From contig CP010425.1 in NCBI GenBank assembly GCA_000830295.1, forward strand, positions 768,001 to 832,000: a DNA stretch of 64,000 bases, given 5' to 3'. The translations under genes and the position numbers were made by a program. The notes under the pieces are model-generated. The model was not told the DNA's origin and did no database searches. It saw only the letters and a list, made by a program, of their open reading frames with translations. The DNA comes from an archaeon GW2011_AR15 (GTDB lineage: Archaea > Nanobdellota > Nanobdellia > Woesearchaeales > GW2011-AR15). Shown in pieces: positions 38,143 through 47,219 of the stretch; within the stretch, counting starts at the first letter, position 1, and each line of letters starts with the position of its first letter.

Positions 38143-39683
38143 ATTATACCAAACTCTTTCAGAACCTTATCTCTGTCAGAGTAATAATCCTGGATTACCC
38201 TATTTACTTCTTTAAATCCCTGTATTTTCTTATCAGCGAGTATCTGAAGGAGTTTTGTCCTCAGTTCAAGCTCTTTTTTAAGTTCCTGATTTGGTATTCC
38301 TGTCCTTGAAGTGATTTTCTGGAAGAGATAAAATTCTCCCTTCTGTGTTATTTTGTCAGTGGCAGGATCCCACTGGATAGGCGTATTTGAATTTATTTCC
38401 TCTCCTTTAACATCCTTTATCTCGACAAGCTCCTTCATCCTTCTGAGGTTTCTTGTAGTTCCTTTTATGTGGGTCATGACGCATACCACATCAAGGGATT
38501 CAATAAGGCTTGCAGAAAGGTTTATAGGAGGGGTTTCCAGCCTCCTGACCAGAGTCACAACACTCCCGGCGTGGAAAGTTCCGAATGAGCTGTGTCCTGA
38601 GGCCATACCCTGAAACAGCACAAACGCCTCATTGCCTCTGATTTCACCCACAATCACATAATCCGGAGCCTGCCTGAAGCTCTCCTTCAGAAGATCAAAA
38701 AGGGTTATTTCACCATATTCTTTTCCTGCAAGATTCGGAATTCCAAAGCCAGACCTTGTTACCGTAGGCATCCAGTTGTCATGGGAAAGATTCAGCTCCC
38801 TTGTATCCTCAATTGATACGACACGCGCATCAGGAGGGATAAAGCTCAGCATTGAGTTAAGGAAAGTTGTTTTTCCGGAGGCAGTTTCCCCGATTACCAT
38901 AAAATTAAATTTGTGCTCGATGCCCAGCCATAAGTAAGCAAAAGTCTGTGCAGTAGCAGTCCCGAAGTTTATAAGGTGTATAGGCGTCCATGGCTCTTTT
39001 GTGAATTTCCTTATAGTGAATGTAGGGCCTCTTGTAGTTATATCTTCTGTATACGTGGCATTGACCCTTGACCCGTCGGGAAGGGTTCCGTCAAGAAGCG
39101 GCTTGGCATAGCTGACATACCTCCCGCATTTCTGCGCCAGTTTTTCCACGAAATCAGTAAGCTCCTGAATTTCCCTGAAAATGACATTTGTCCTCAGGTT
39201 TTCATATTTCCTGTGCACAATATAGACGGGAAACTGCAGCCCGTTGCATTCTATATCCTCAATGTAATAATCATTCAGCAGAGGCTCTATCTTATTCAGG
39301 CCGACGGAATTCCTGAATATGTAATACATGATCTTTAAATAGGTCTCTCTGGATACGCTTGTGCCAAGCTCAATGAGGATGGCCTGCACATTCTTTTCAA
39401 GATACTGGAGGATCTGGTTGGCTTTCTCTATCTTGACGAGGCTGATATTTATCATTTCTTCAAGGGCAAGCATGACCAGCCTAAGGATTTCTTTTTCAGA
39501 ATCCTTGAGCTCAGGCTCCTCTACACTGTAGAGCAGTTCCTTCCTCTCATCGCTCCAGTAAATCCTTGCATAGGCATATGGCGGCAGAAGGGGGTATCTC
39601 ACATTGATTTTGGTCCTGTCTTTGCCATCAGGAAGATCATAAATTTTCAGATTGCTCTCAATTTTAAAGATGCTCTCAGCCAT
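38139..39683 (-). CDS. Type II/IV secretion ATPase (ArlI/TadA-like)
   Basis: GETASGKTT, IEDTREL, VGEIRG, GTFHA. Confidence 0.95.
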   Translation of the reverse strand: MAESIFKIESNLKIYDLPDGKDRTKINVRYPLLPPYAYARIYWSDERKELLYSVEEPELKDSEKEILRLVMLALEEMINISLVKIEKANQILQYLEKNVQAILIELGTSVSRETYLKIMYYIFRNSVGLNKIEPLLNDYYIEDIECNGLQFPVYIVHRKYENLRTNVIFREIQELTDFVEKLAQKCGRYVSYAKPLLDGTLPDGSRVNATYTEDITTRGPTFTIRKFTKEPWTPIHLINFGTATAQTFAYLWLGIEHKFNFMVIGETASGKTTFLNSMLSFIPPDARVVSIEDTRELNLSHDNWMPTVTRSGFGIPNLAGKEYGEITLFDLLKESFRQAPDYVIVGEIRGNEAFVLFQGMASGHSSFGTFHAGSVVTLVRRLETPPINLSASLIESLDVVCVMTHIKGTTRNLRRMKELVEIKDVKGEEINSNTPIQWDPATDKITQKGEFYLFQKITSRTGIPNQELKKELELRTKLLQILADKKIQGFKEVNRVIQDYYSDRDKVLKEFGII

Positions 39684-40421
39684 CTAATTTACCTCAACAT
39701 TTCTGACGTTCACTGTTAAAAAGTCCGCATAGCTGTCAAGAATGAATTCAAGGTCATACTCTACAAAGGTGGTATTAAGATGGGCAATAACCCTTGCCCT
39801 TCCTACATCTGTGTTGTTTCCGGCAGGGACCATTTCAGTATATCCGTTCCCTGTTTTTGAAGTTTCATCATTATTCATACTGAATGTAAACGTCCCGTTC
39901 ATGTTTATTCCGTTGTAGCTGACATTCTCTATTATCTGCGAAGTATTGAAGGTAACCCAGCTGTCGCTGCTTCCAAACTTGTTTATGACAGCGCGGAAAG
40001 TGTCATTCTCTATTCTTGTTTCCATTACATAATAACCAGCAGTCTCATACGTCTTTATGTTGGCATTGCTGGCGATAACAAGATTGCCCAGTTTTGTGCT
40101 TGTTTTCGGGCTTATCAGCTCGCTTTCAGTTTCAACTTCCCAGATAAATTCATTGTCCTCAAACCTGACTTTGCCATCCCTGACATCAAATGCAGCAGTT
40201 GCCTGTGATCCTTCTCCCTGACTGGCGATTTCCCTTATCTGGTTGTCAAGCTCTATTGCTATTCCTCTTACCCTCTCCAGCACTGCCCTTTCCCTCAATT
40301 CCGTAAGAAGAGGAATCCCCGTATTCAGGATTATCACAAGGGCCAGTATAGAGACCAGCGTATATATTATTGCAGATATCCATATCTGCCCCTTTTTCCG
40401 TGAGTTAAATTTTTTTTTCAT
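39684..40421 (-). CDS. Pilin-like protein (class III signal peptide)
   Basis: RKKG|QIWISAIIYTLV. Confidence 0.8.
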   Translation of the reverse strand: MKKKFNSRKKGQIWISAIIYTLVSILALVIILNTGIPLLTELRERAVLERVRGIAIELDNQIREIASQGEGSQATAAFDVRDGKVRFEDNEFIWEVETESELISPKTSTKLGNLVIASNANIKTYETAGYYVMETRIENDTFRAVINKFGSSDSWVTFNTSQIIENVSYNGINMNGTFTFSMNNDETSKTGNGYTEMVPAGNNTDVGRARVIAHLNTTFVEYDLEFILDSYADFLTVNVRNVEVN

Positions 40422-40812
40422 AGGTCAATTCCTCGCAATTGTTGATATAAAACCTGTATTTCTCATTAATTGTGATATTCTCAACCTCAGCCTTCCTTCT
40501 TTCTTTCCCTATTATCACAGGCTCAAAGACAACAGTCCGGATATCCCCTGAATCGGAAACAATGGTAAGGCTGGTTATGTTTTGGTTGTAATTCTTGCTG
40601 TCAAACTCAAACTTCAGCAGGTTATTCGTATATTGCGGATTGATTACCTCATAATTCATACTGCCGCAGTCAAACTCATCTTTTCTGGCGTTAATAGTAA
40701 GGAAGCCGGTCCTGAAAAATCCAAAGATCTGCGTAATAAACATAAAAAGGAAAAATACAAAGGCCATAGTAAGCAGCATCTTTAGTTTTGAATATTTTGC
40801 CATTTTCAGCAT
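40405..40812 (-). CDS. Membrane-anchored pilus-associated hypothetical protein
   Basis: N-terminal TM and a Cys pair; overlaps both neighbours in the operon. Confidence 0.7.
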   Translation of the reverse strand: MLKMAKYSKLKMLLTMAFVFFLFMFITQIFGFFRTGFLTINARKDEFDCGSMNYEVINPQYTNNLLKFEFDSKNYNQNITSLTIVSDSGDIRTVVFEPVIIGKERRKAEVENITINEKYRFYINNCEELTYEKKI

Positions 40813-41318
40813 TGATCTAAGTCTTCAACCTCCAGTTCGCTGTCAGAGCATATATTGACACTGTCTGCGGAATAATCAAGTATAGGCGAGATTATCACTT
40901 TTGTTGGCGGGAAAGTGAAGTTTGAGCCATCATCCAATGTCGCAATGCTTATATTGTATTTGGTCCTGTTATGGCCTCCAAGCACAGTGAGGGCATCAGC
41001 AGTTTTTATATTATTATTGAAATCAAGCAGGAATATCCTTACTCCTTCTATGTCCACGCTGCCCTGATTTTCTACCACTACCTCCAGGTTGCTGGAGCCG
41101 GTGCGGTTGTAGCATATCAGTTCTTCATTACTAACATCAACTATTTTAAGAGAGATGTCAAGAGAGCATTTTAGATTCTTGTCTATCTGCCTTGTTGCCC
41201 TCTCCTTAAACTCAAGGGTTGTTCCTTCCTGGAATCTCATCACCATAATGCCTACAGAGATTGTCATGGCTACAAGCAATACAGTTGCTATTAATGGTGA
41301 TACAGCTTTTTTTAGCAT
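40806..41318 (-). CDS. Archaeal type IV pilin
   Basis: LKKA|VSPLIATVLLVAMTI; similar to the pilin at 23734-24288. Confidence 0.88.
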   Translation of the reverse strand: MLKKAVSPLIATVLLVAMTISVGIMVMRFQEGTTLEFKERATRQIDKNLKCSLDISLKIVDVSNEELICYNRTGSSNLEVVVENQGSVDIEGVRIFLLDFNNNIKTADALTVLGGHNRTKYNISIATLDDGSNFTFPPTKVIISPILDYSADSVNICSDSELEVEDLDQC

Positions 41319-41785
41319 TGTTTCAACTCATTCACTTCTCTTACTACTGCCTGCTCTTCGCAGTATATGTATTTGCCTTTCTTTTTTGCTATTGGAATAA
41401 CAGTTATCTGGGATAAGGTGCCGTGCTTAAGCACTTTTAGCTTCTCTGTGTCTCCTGTGGTAAGCTGGTCAAATAATACCTGTGACTGAAGGTAAGTTTC
41501 TTCATCAGGATGCACACCGATGAACCTGAATGACAGGCCTTCAAGGGCAAGCTTCCCCGGATTTGTTATATTCAGGTAAAGCACACTGTATGTCTGGCAT
41601 GAGCCTTTAACAGAGAGCGCAACATCAGCGCACACAAGAGGGTCTGTTCTCTGCTCAATCTCCTGGCTCCTTAACTTTGCCTGTTCAATTGACCAGTTGT
41701 AAAGGACATAGCTGAGCACCATTACTAATCCGAATATCATAATCCAGCTGAGATATTCTGACTGTGCTTTTTTGCTGCTATTCAT
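41312..41785 (-). CDS. Pilin-like protein (class III signal peptide)
   Basis: KKA|QSEYLSWIMIFGL; Cys pairs as in the neighbouring pilin. Confidence 0.8.
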   Translation of the reverse strand: MNSSKKAQSEYLSWIMIFGLVMVLSYVLYNWSIEQAKLRSQEIEQRTDPLVCADVALSVKGSCQTYSVLYLNITNPGKLALEGLSFRFIGVHPDEETYLQSQVLFDQLTTGDTEKLKVLKHGTLSQITVIPIAKKKGKYIYCEEQAVVREVNELKQC

Positions 41786-42254
41786 TCTGGATCACCAGGG
41801 TTTTCAGTTCCACTTCCCGCTGGGATGAGAAAGTAAAGGTGTAAGAATCCTGACCGACTGTTATAGGCACAGAATCGTCAAAGTCTGTCTGATATTCATG
41901 TTCCGGCTGCAGCGTTATCCCCAGATCGCTTATAGTGGCATTTTCCTCAAGATAGTTGCCTATAAATATCTGGTCATTATATGAATAGAGATACATGACC
42001 CCAAGCCCGACACCTTTTTCCTCAGCATAATCTATAAAATACTCTGTGAAGTTTTTCAGCTCCGCAGATATGTTTTTTTCATGGTAAATTGCATTGTCTA
42101 TCACTATGGTTGCCTCATACTTGTAGTTATTAAGGTAATTCTGGGTATTGCTTACCTTTCCTGTTTTTATGCTGGACCTGTTTGAAACTATTGCGAAAAC
42201 TAACCCAAGCAATACAAGTGTTGCAAACATGTAAAACTGCGCCCTCTTTTTCAT
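41778..42254 (-). CDS. Pilin-like protein (class III signal peptide)
   Basis: KKRA|QFYMFATLVLL. Confidence 0.78.
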   Translation of the reverse strand: MKKRAQFYMFATLVLLGLVFAIVSNRSSIKTGKVSNTQNYLNNYKYEATIVIDNAIYHEKNISAELKNFTEYFIDYAEEKGVGLGVMYLYSYNDQIFIGNYLEENATISDLGITLQPEHEYQTDFDDSVPITVGQDSYTFTFSSQREVELKTLVIQNE

Positions 42255-42263
42255 TTTAATCTA

Positions 42264-45200
42264 CTAATCTACTAGTGTAACCCTTCCTGATTCAGAGCCG
42301 GGGTTTGTGAACCTTATAACCCTCTCGCCTGAACCTGATACTGTGTTCCTTATAAGCGTATTATAATCTCCTGTCTCAAGCTCTGCACCGATATCAGACG
42401 CTATTGCAAAGTCATTATATCTTAATATGTAGTTTATTATATAGACATCCTGTATGCTGTAAGCAAAGGAAGGGTTTATGTCATCAAGGAAAGTATTGTC
42501 ATCCAGCTTTCTTTCCCTTTCATTCAGGCTTTTCTGCCTTGTGTTGAAGATGAATATATTGCTTCCGACTTCTATGTCAGATACTTCCAGCCTGTTGTCA
42601 GGGTAGCCATATTCAGTAATATCTATTTCAGCGTCTGTTGCAAGTCCTACTCTTCTGCTTGCTCCAATCCCGTAATAATGTATGTGGTTTGTCTTGCCAG
42701 ATGCATCTGTGATTTCAGCATTTTCATATGTCACATTCAGGAAGAGGCGTGTTACATTCATCGTTGTATTGAATTCAAGGTCATCATTTGCGAGCCTTAA
42801 CTCATATTCGCCGCTGTCAGGATAAGTGAAGGATACATTAAATGTCCCGTCTCCCACGTCAAATATGTATGCATCAGTCTGCACTCCGTTTACATAAAGC
42901 TTAAGGTCACTTATGCCGGTTACGCTGCTGCCTGAATCTGTTAAGTTCACATTGAAGGTCTTTATAAGATCCTGATATGCCACTATGCCTGCAGGTCCGC
43001 TAAGCGTATCCGGAGTTGCAGAGGAATTAACTGCAATCCCGAAAGTAGGGTTATGGGTATTTCCGGCCAGGTCAGTACAGCTAATCACAAAAGAGTAATT
43101 GCCGTTGCTTAATCCGATTACTTTGGACTCGTGATATGTTGTGTTTGTGTATGAAAATATGACAATCTCTTCAGTAATAGGATCATTGTAATCGCATACA
43201 GCCGGCTCATTGGTCCATACTTTAAGTATAGGGCTGTTTGTCACTATAGTTACAGTCGGCTCAAATGACACTGTCGGAGGGTCAAAGTCAAGTATGACGA
43301 CATCCTGGTTGGACCATCTCCAGATGCCTGCTCCGTTAAGTGCCCCCACAGTAGCATTATATGTTTCTGAGGCCACGCCTGACACAGAATAAGACAATGA
43401 GGCAGTATCATTTACCAGCACAAGATACTGCGGCACTCCGTTTGTATCACTAAGGTTTATCATATAGTTGACAACACCGGATTCTTCATCTGTTGCTGCA
43501 GACCAGGTATATGTTACATTATCACCGGTCTTTTGCTCGCTTAATATATCGGGTTTCGATGCAGGGGAGTTGTCAATAGAGATATTGATTGAGCTTAATG
43601 CACCCCAGTTTCCTGCAGTATCCCTTGCCTTAATCTTGAAATAATATGAGCCTGACTGCAGGCCTGTGAATGTTTTATCTAATTCTCCTGCAAGGTCGCT
43701 AAGGCTGCCTTCTGGTATGCTGTCCGGCTCTGCATTGGAGGTTGTTGTAAGGACATAGCTGTATGCGTTCACTCCTGAGAGTACATCACTGCCCAGCCAT
43801 GAGAAATTCAGAAGAGCAGCATATACCCAGGTGCTGCTTCCTATGCCTTCAGTTGATTGGTATTCACTGGTTGATAGGTTCTTGAATGTCCCATACAGGC
43901 TTGAGATTGTCGGGGAGACCAAATCTACTGTAAGTCCATCAGAGGTTGAGTTTGCAGACAACCCCGCAGAGTTTATTGTGGATAGGTTCACATAAAGAGT
44001 TGAATTGTGAGCTAGGTTAAGCCCGGAAGTGGTTACAGTGGTGTTTACAGTGTGTATATCCCTTAAAGTTGTGCCGTTCTCATGGTAGAGCACATAATGA
44101 TAATCCAAAGGTATCCCAAACAGGTCAGACTCAGAGTCGCTTGCGCCTGACCAGGATATAGTTATGCTCTGGTTGTTATTAGTATAGTTCCCGTCATTGA
44201 TAGTGGCTGCAGTCGGCTCAGTGGTATCAAGCCCTGCCCCTGTTATGTTGTAGTAGATAGTGTCATTAGTTGTGGAATATACTCCTGAATAGTTTATCTG
44301 GTAAAAGACAACTTTTAAGCCGTTTCCAGTAGTCAAGTCCCAGAGCCTGTCTGAGACGCAGCTTTCCCACTGCGTCCATCCGGCATAGCCGCTGTCAGGC
44401 AGGGAGGTTGCATTTGGATAGTTTGTATATTTGCACCCTATTGCATTGTTATCAAAAGTCAAATGAAGGAAGACTGCAGTTTGTGAAGTATATTCCTGGT
44501 TGGTCTGCTCGACTCCGGTTACTCCGAGGTTCCTTATGGTTATGCTTGCACTAGGATCTACACAATTATAGGTTGCAAGTGAGCACACCAGCCCACCTGT
44601 GCAATCATCATTGGATACACAGTCTTTCCATGTTCCAGCATCGCAGTAATCATTATCCCCGTCGCCGTCAACATCTGCTGAGTGCACGCCATCATTGTAG
44701 CAGGTGCTGCTGGCTACGCAATCAGAGGTTGCCAGGCAGCAGGCATCGTCGCTTGAATTGTCAGCATATCCATTATCCATAGATAGTTCATCGACCACTC
44801 TTGTATTCTTATTTTGGCTTGAGTCATCTCCACAGCATACAGTTCCGTTGACTTCGCCGCTTATGTTCCAGTATCCTGAGCCTACTATTGCAGTACATGC
44901 AGCGCTTGAAGCATCTCCGCCATACCATGTGCTGCTTGCCCCGCAATATGCCTTGCTTGGTATTGAGGCGGAGCTAGCGCTTCCTGTTGCTACGCATGCG
45001 CCATTATAGTTGCAGTCTGTAGCGACATTACAGCATGCAGTTACAGCATTATTGTATCCGGCAGGCGCGTCAGTGCTTGAAGCTTCGGTAATGACTGCCT
45101 CTTCAGTATCATCGCCGCAGCAGGTTGTTGTTCCACAGGAGGCGTCTCCTGTACAATCTCCTGCGCCCAGGGCCCATCCAGGGCCGCCGTTGCATGTACC

Positions 45201-45452
45201 ATATGCAGTGCATGCACCCGTACTTGTATCACCGGTAACGCCTGTGCATGAATTATCGTTTACAGCACAAACAATCACTCTCTCATTTCCAGGCAAAACA
45301 GTCAGGAATATGAAATAGACAAAGAAACAAAGCACGACAAGAAAGAAAGTCCTCTGGAAAGAGGCTCTTGAACCAATATTAAGATGGAGAATACTATGTT
45401 TCCTACTATCTTCAAACCTTATTGGGCTCTTTAGCCCGCCCAGTTTACCCAT
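42264..45452 (-). CDS. Large secreted adhesin-like protein with Cys-rich repeats and FN3/Ig-like domains
   Basis: Signal/TM segment, two CCGDD repeats, DGDGDND loop, W...SDSES/DTAGNW FN3-like motifs, many NxS/T; SD GAGGTTGA suggests ATG 45452. Confidence 0.85.
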   Translation of the reverse strand: MGKLGGLKSPIRFEDSRKHSILHLNIGSRASFQRTFFLVVLCFFVYFIFLTVLPGNERVIVCAVNDNSCTGVTGDTSTGACTAYGTCNGGPGWALGAGDCTGDASCGTTTCCGDDTEEAVITEASSTDAPAGYNNAVTACCNVATDCNYNGACVATGSASSASIPSKAYCGASSTWYGGDASSAACTAIVGSGYWNISGEVNGTVCCGDDSSQNKNTRVVDELSMDNGYADNSSDDACCLATSDCVASSTCYNDGVHSADVDGDGDNDYCDAGTWKDCVSNDDCTGGLVCSLATYNCVDPSASITIRNLGVTGVEQTNQEYTSQTAVFLHLTFDNNAIGCKYTNYPNATSLPDSGYAGWTQWESCVSDRLWDLTTGNGLKVVFYQINYSGVYSTTNDTIYYNITGAGLDTTEPTAATINDGNYTNNNQSITISWSGASDSESDLFGIPLDYHYVLYHENGTTLRDIHTVNTTVTTSGLNLAHNSTLYVNLSTINSAGLSANSTSDGLTVDLVSPTISSLYGTFKNLSTSEYQSTEGIGSSTWVYAALLNFSWLGSDVLSGVNAYSYVLTTTSNAEPDSIPEGSLSDLAGELDKTFTGLQSGSYYFKIKARDTAGNWGALSSINISIDNSPASKPDILSEQKTGDNVTYTWSAATDEESGVVNYMINLSDTNGVPQYLVLVNDTASLSYSVSGVASETYNATVGALNGAGIWRWSNQDVVILDFDPPTVSFEPTVTIVTNSPILKVWTNEPAVCDYNDPITEEIVIFSYTNTTYHESKVIGLSNGNYSFVISCTDLAGNTHNPTFGIAVNSSATPDTLSGPAGIVAYQDLIKTFNVNLTDSGSSVTGISDLKLYVNGVQTDAYIFDVGDGTFNVSFTYPDSGEYELRLANDDLEFNTTMNVTRLFLNVTYENAEITDASGKTNHIHYYGIGASRRVGLATDAEIDITEYGYPDNRLEVSDIEVGSNIFIFNTRQKSLNERERKLDDNTFLDDINPSFAYSIQDVYIINYILRYNDFAIASDIGAELETGDYNTLIRNTVSGSGERVIRFTNPGSESGRVTLVD

Positions 45453-45603
45453 TATCAACCTCTTTTTCAATATACTTTGATATTATAGTATTTATTTTTG
45501 TCGATATTTTGGCATCTGTTTCTCTACATATCTCTTTAACCTTCTCATATAAATTTCTATCGATTGAGATGCTTATTTTTACCTTTGTTACATCATTTTT
45601 CAT
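45445..45603 (-). CDS. Ribbon-helix-helix (CopG/MetJ-like) transcription regulator, 52 aa
   Basis: MKNDVTKVKISISIDRNLYEKVKEICRETDAKISTKINTIISKYIEKEVDNG*; alternating beta-strand then two helices; stop overlaps the adhesin start; missed by the ORF track. Confidence 0.8.
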   Translation of the reverse strand: MKNDVTKVKISISIDRNLYEKVKEICRETDAKISTKINTIISKYIEKEVDNG

Positions 45604-45645
45604 AAAGTATTACTTTCATTACTTTTCCTACTTATATATTTTTGC
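45604..45645 (-). promoter_or_regulatory. Promoter with putative RHH operator
   Basis: AAAAATATATAAGTAGGAAAAGTAATGAAAGTAATACTTT-ATG: TATA box, three AAGTA repeats 9 nt apart, palindrome AAAGTA-A-TACTTT. Confidence 0.65.
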
Positions 45646-45749
45646 TAAACTCAAACGCAAACCAACCATATTGGTTGGCTCCTGAGCCCGAAAATAATTG
45701 GCATTTTCGAGGGGTTTATTAATGGGACAGCATCTACAATGCTGGGAGA

Positions 45750-47219
45750 ATGGAACTAAAAGGCTATCATTATCTGATTTTAGGGCTGCTGCTGGCATTT
45801 GCTTTTTTCAGCACATACAGTGAAACGCATTTGGAGTATCCCTTCCCATACCATCATGATGAATGGCAGCACCTCGGCATCTCAATGCAGGCAATGGAAG
45901 AGGGATATAATAAAGTATATAATCCATTTCTTGGGGCCCCTGGATGGCATGCAGATCTCGAGTCAGGATTCCACCTGTTTTTGGCAAACATATTCCTCAT
46001 GACAGGTCTTAATCCTGTTCTGAGCTACCAGTACCTTGCTGCTATATTTGCAGTAATTACAGGATTTGTCATTTTTCTCTGTGTTTACAGGCTTACAGGC
46101 AAATTTTATGCCGGAATTCTTGCATTAATTGTGTTTATCTCTTTAAAATCTAATGTAAATATACTTGGAAAAAGCTATTTTGTGCCTATGACAATGGCAA
46201 TGCCCTTTATCTTCCTCTTTATCCTTTTCTTCCTCACCTCCCTGAAAGAGAAAAGCCATAAGAAATTCCTTTTTTCCTTTGTCCTGCTGTTTTTGATTTT
46301 CCTGATACATCCGCCGTCTGCAATCATACTCGGGATTCCTGTGCTCGTTGAAATCCTCTTCAATATTGGCTTTATGGAGAAGATATATGAAAAATTCAGG
46401 TTTTTTTTTCTTGCGCTGCCTTTTTTTGCCCTTTTGGTATTTCTCCTGCTCTGGAAAGGGGAATGGCAGGCAACTCTTGGCTATTTTTCAGACCTGCTGG
46501 TCTTTGAGCAGGGATGGGGGAAAATTGAGATTGCATATTTCCTGCCCGCATTGTACGGATGGGCGGCGACCTTGTTTGCAGTCTACGGGTTTGTAGTGGC
46601 CAATAAAATGAAATTAAGATTCTTCATGATATTTGCATTTGTTTCAATAGGCATGACTGCTTTTTTCAATATCTTTGGGTTTGCAGTAGTGATACCTTAT
46701 TCAAGGGCAATCCATTACTCTATGCTTTCTCTTCTCCCACTGACGGCACTGGGGGTTTTAAGCGCATTACAATTAGTATACAGGAAGATTGAAAATAATG
46801 ATGCATTGCAGACCCTGGCTTGCTTTGTATTTCTCCTGATAGTTGTCAGTTCCTCTTATACTCTTGACACGCAGTATAAGACCTATGGGCAGCTTCCACT
46901 GGATAGGCAGGATTACAATGCACTTATATGGATAAAAGAAACTTATGGTTCTGATAATGTTCTTGTTACGCCGTATTTCATGACGTCTGCAGTTTATCCT
47001 GTAAGCGGAAGCAAGGCAATCTCCCTGATACCTTCGCAGATGGGTGGTGGCCTTATAGAAGAAAACCTGAACTTCTACACATATACCTGCGATAAGCAGG
47101 AAGAAATTGCAGGGCAGGCAAATGCAAGCCTTGTACTGAGCAAGCTTCCCATAGAGTGCAGTTTTCTGGAACAGGTTTATTCAAGAGGGGATTTTGTCTA
47201 TTCTGTAAGAACTATTTAA
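45750..47219 (+). CDS. GT-C-fold-like integral membrane glycosyltransferase
   Basis: More than 10 TM helices, first-loop HHDEWQH acidic motif, C-terminal soluble domain (ALIWIK). Confidence 0.65.
   Translation: MELKGYHYLILGLLLAFAFFSTYSETHLEYPFPYHHDEWQHLGISMQAMEEGYNKVYNPFLGAPGWHADLESGFHLFLANIFLMTGLNPVLSYQYLAAIFAVITGFVIFLCVYRLTGKFYAGILALIVFISLKSNVNILGKSYFVPMTMAMPFIFLFILFFLTSLKEKSHKKFLFSFVLLFLIFLIHPPSAIILGIPVLVEILFNIGFMEKIYEKFRFFFLALPFFALLVFLLLWKGEWQATLGYFSDLLVFEQGWGKIEIAYFLPALYGWAATLFAVYGFVVANKMKLRFFMIFAFVSIGMTAFFNIFGFAVVIPYSRAIHYSMLSLLPLTALGVLSALQLVYRKIENNDALQTLACFVFLLIVVSSSYTLDTQYKTYGQLPLDRQDYNALIWIKETYGSDNVLVTPYFMTSAVYPVSGSKAISLIPSQMGGGLIEENLNFYTYTCDKQEEIAGQANASLVLSKLPIECSFLEQVYSRGDFVYSVRTI

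Noticed and set aside
35534-42254. Archaellum operon
   Set aside because: No ArlH, ArlF/G or chemotaxis genes; the split platform genes and multiple pilins fit a type IV pilus.
45662-45678. Perfect dyad CCAACCA-TAT-TGGTTGG between divergent promoters
   Set aside because: It is real but a single copy with no supporting context, so no function can be assigned.
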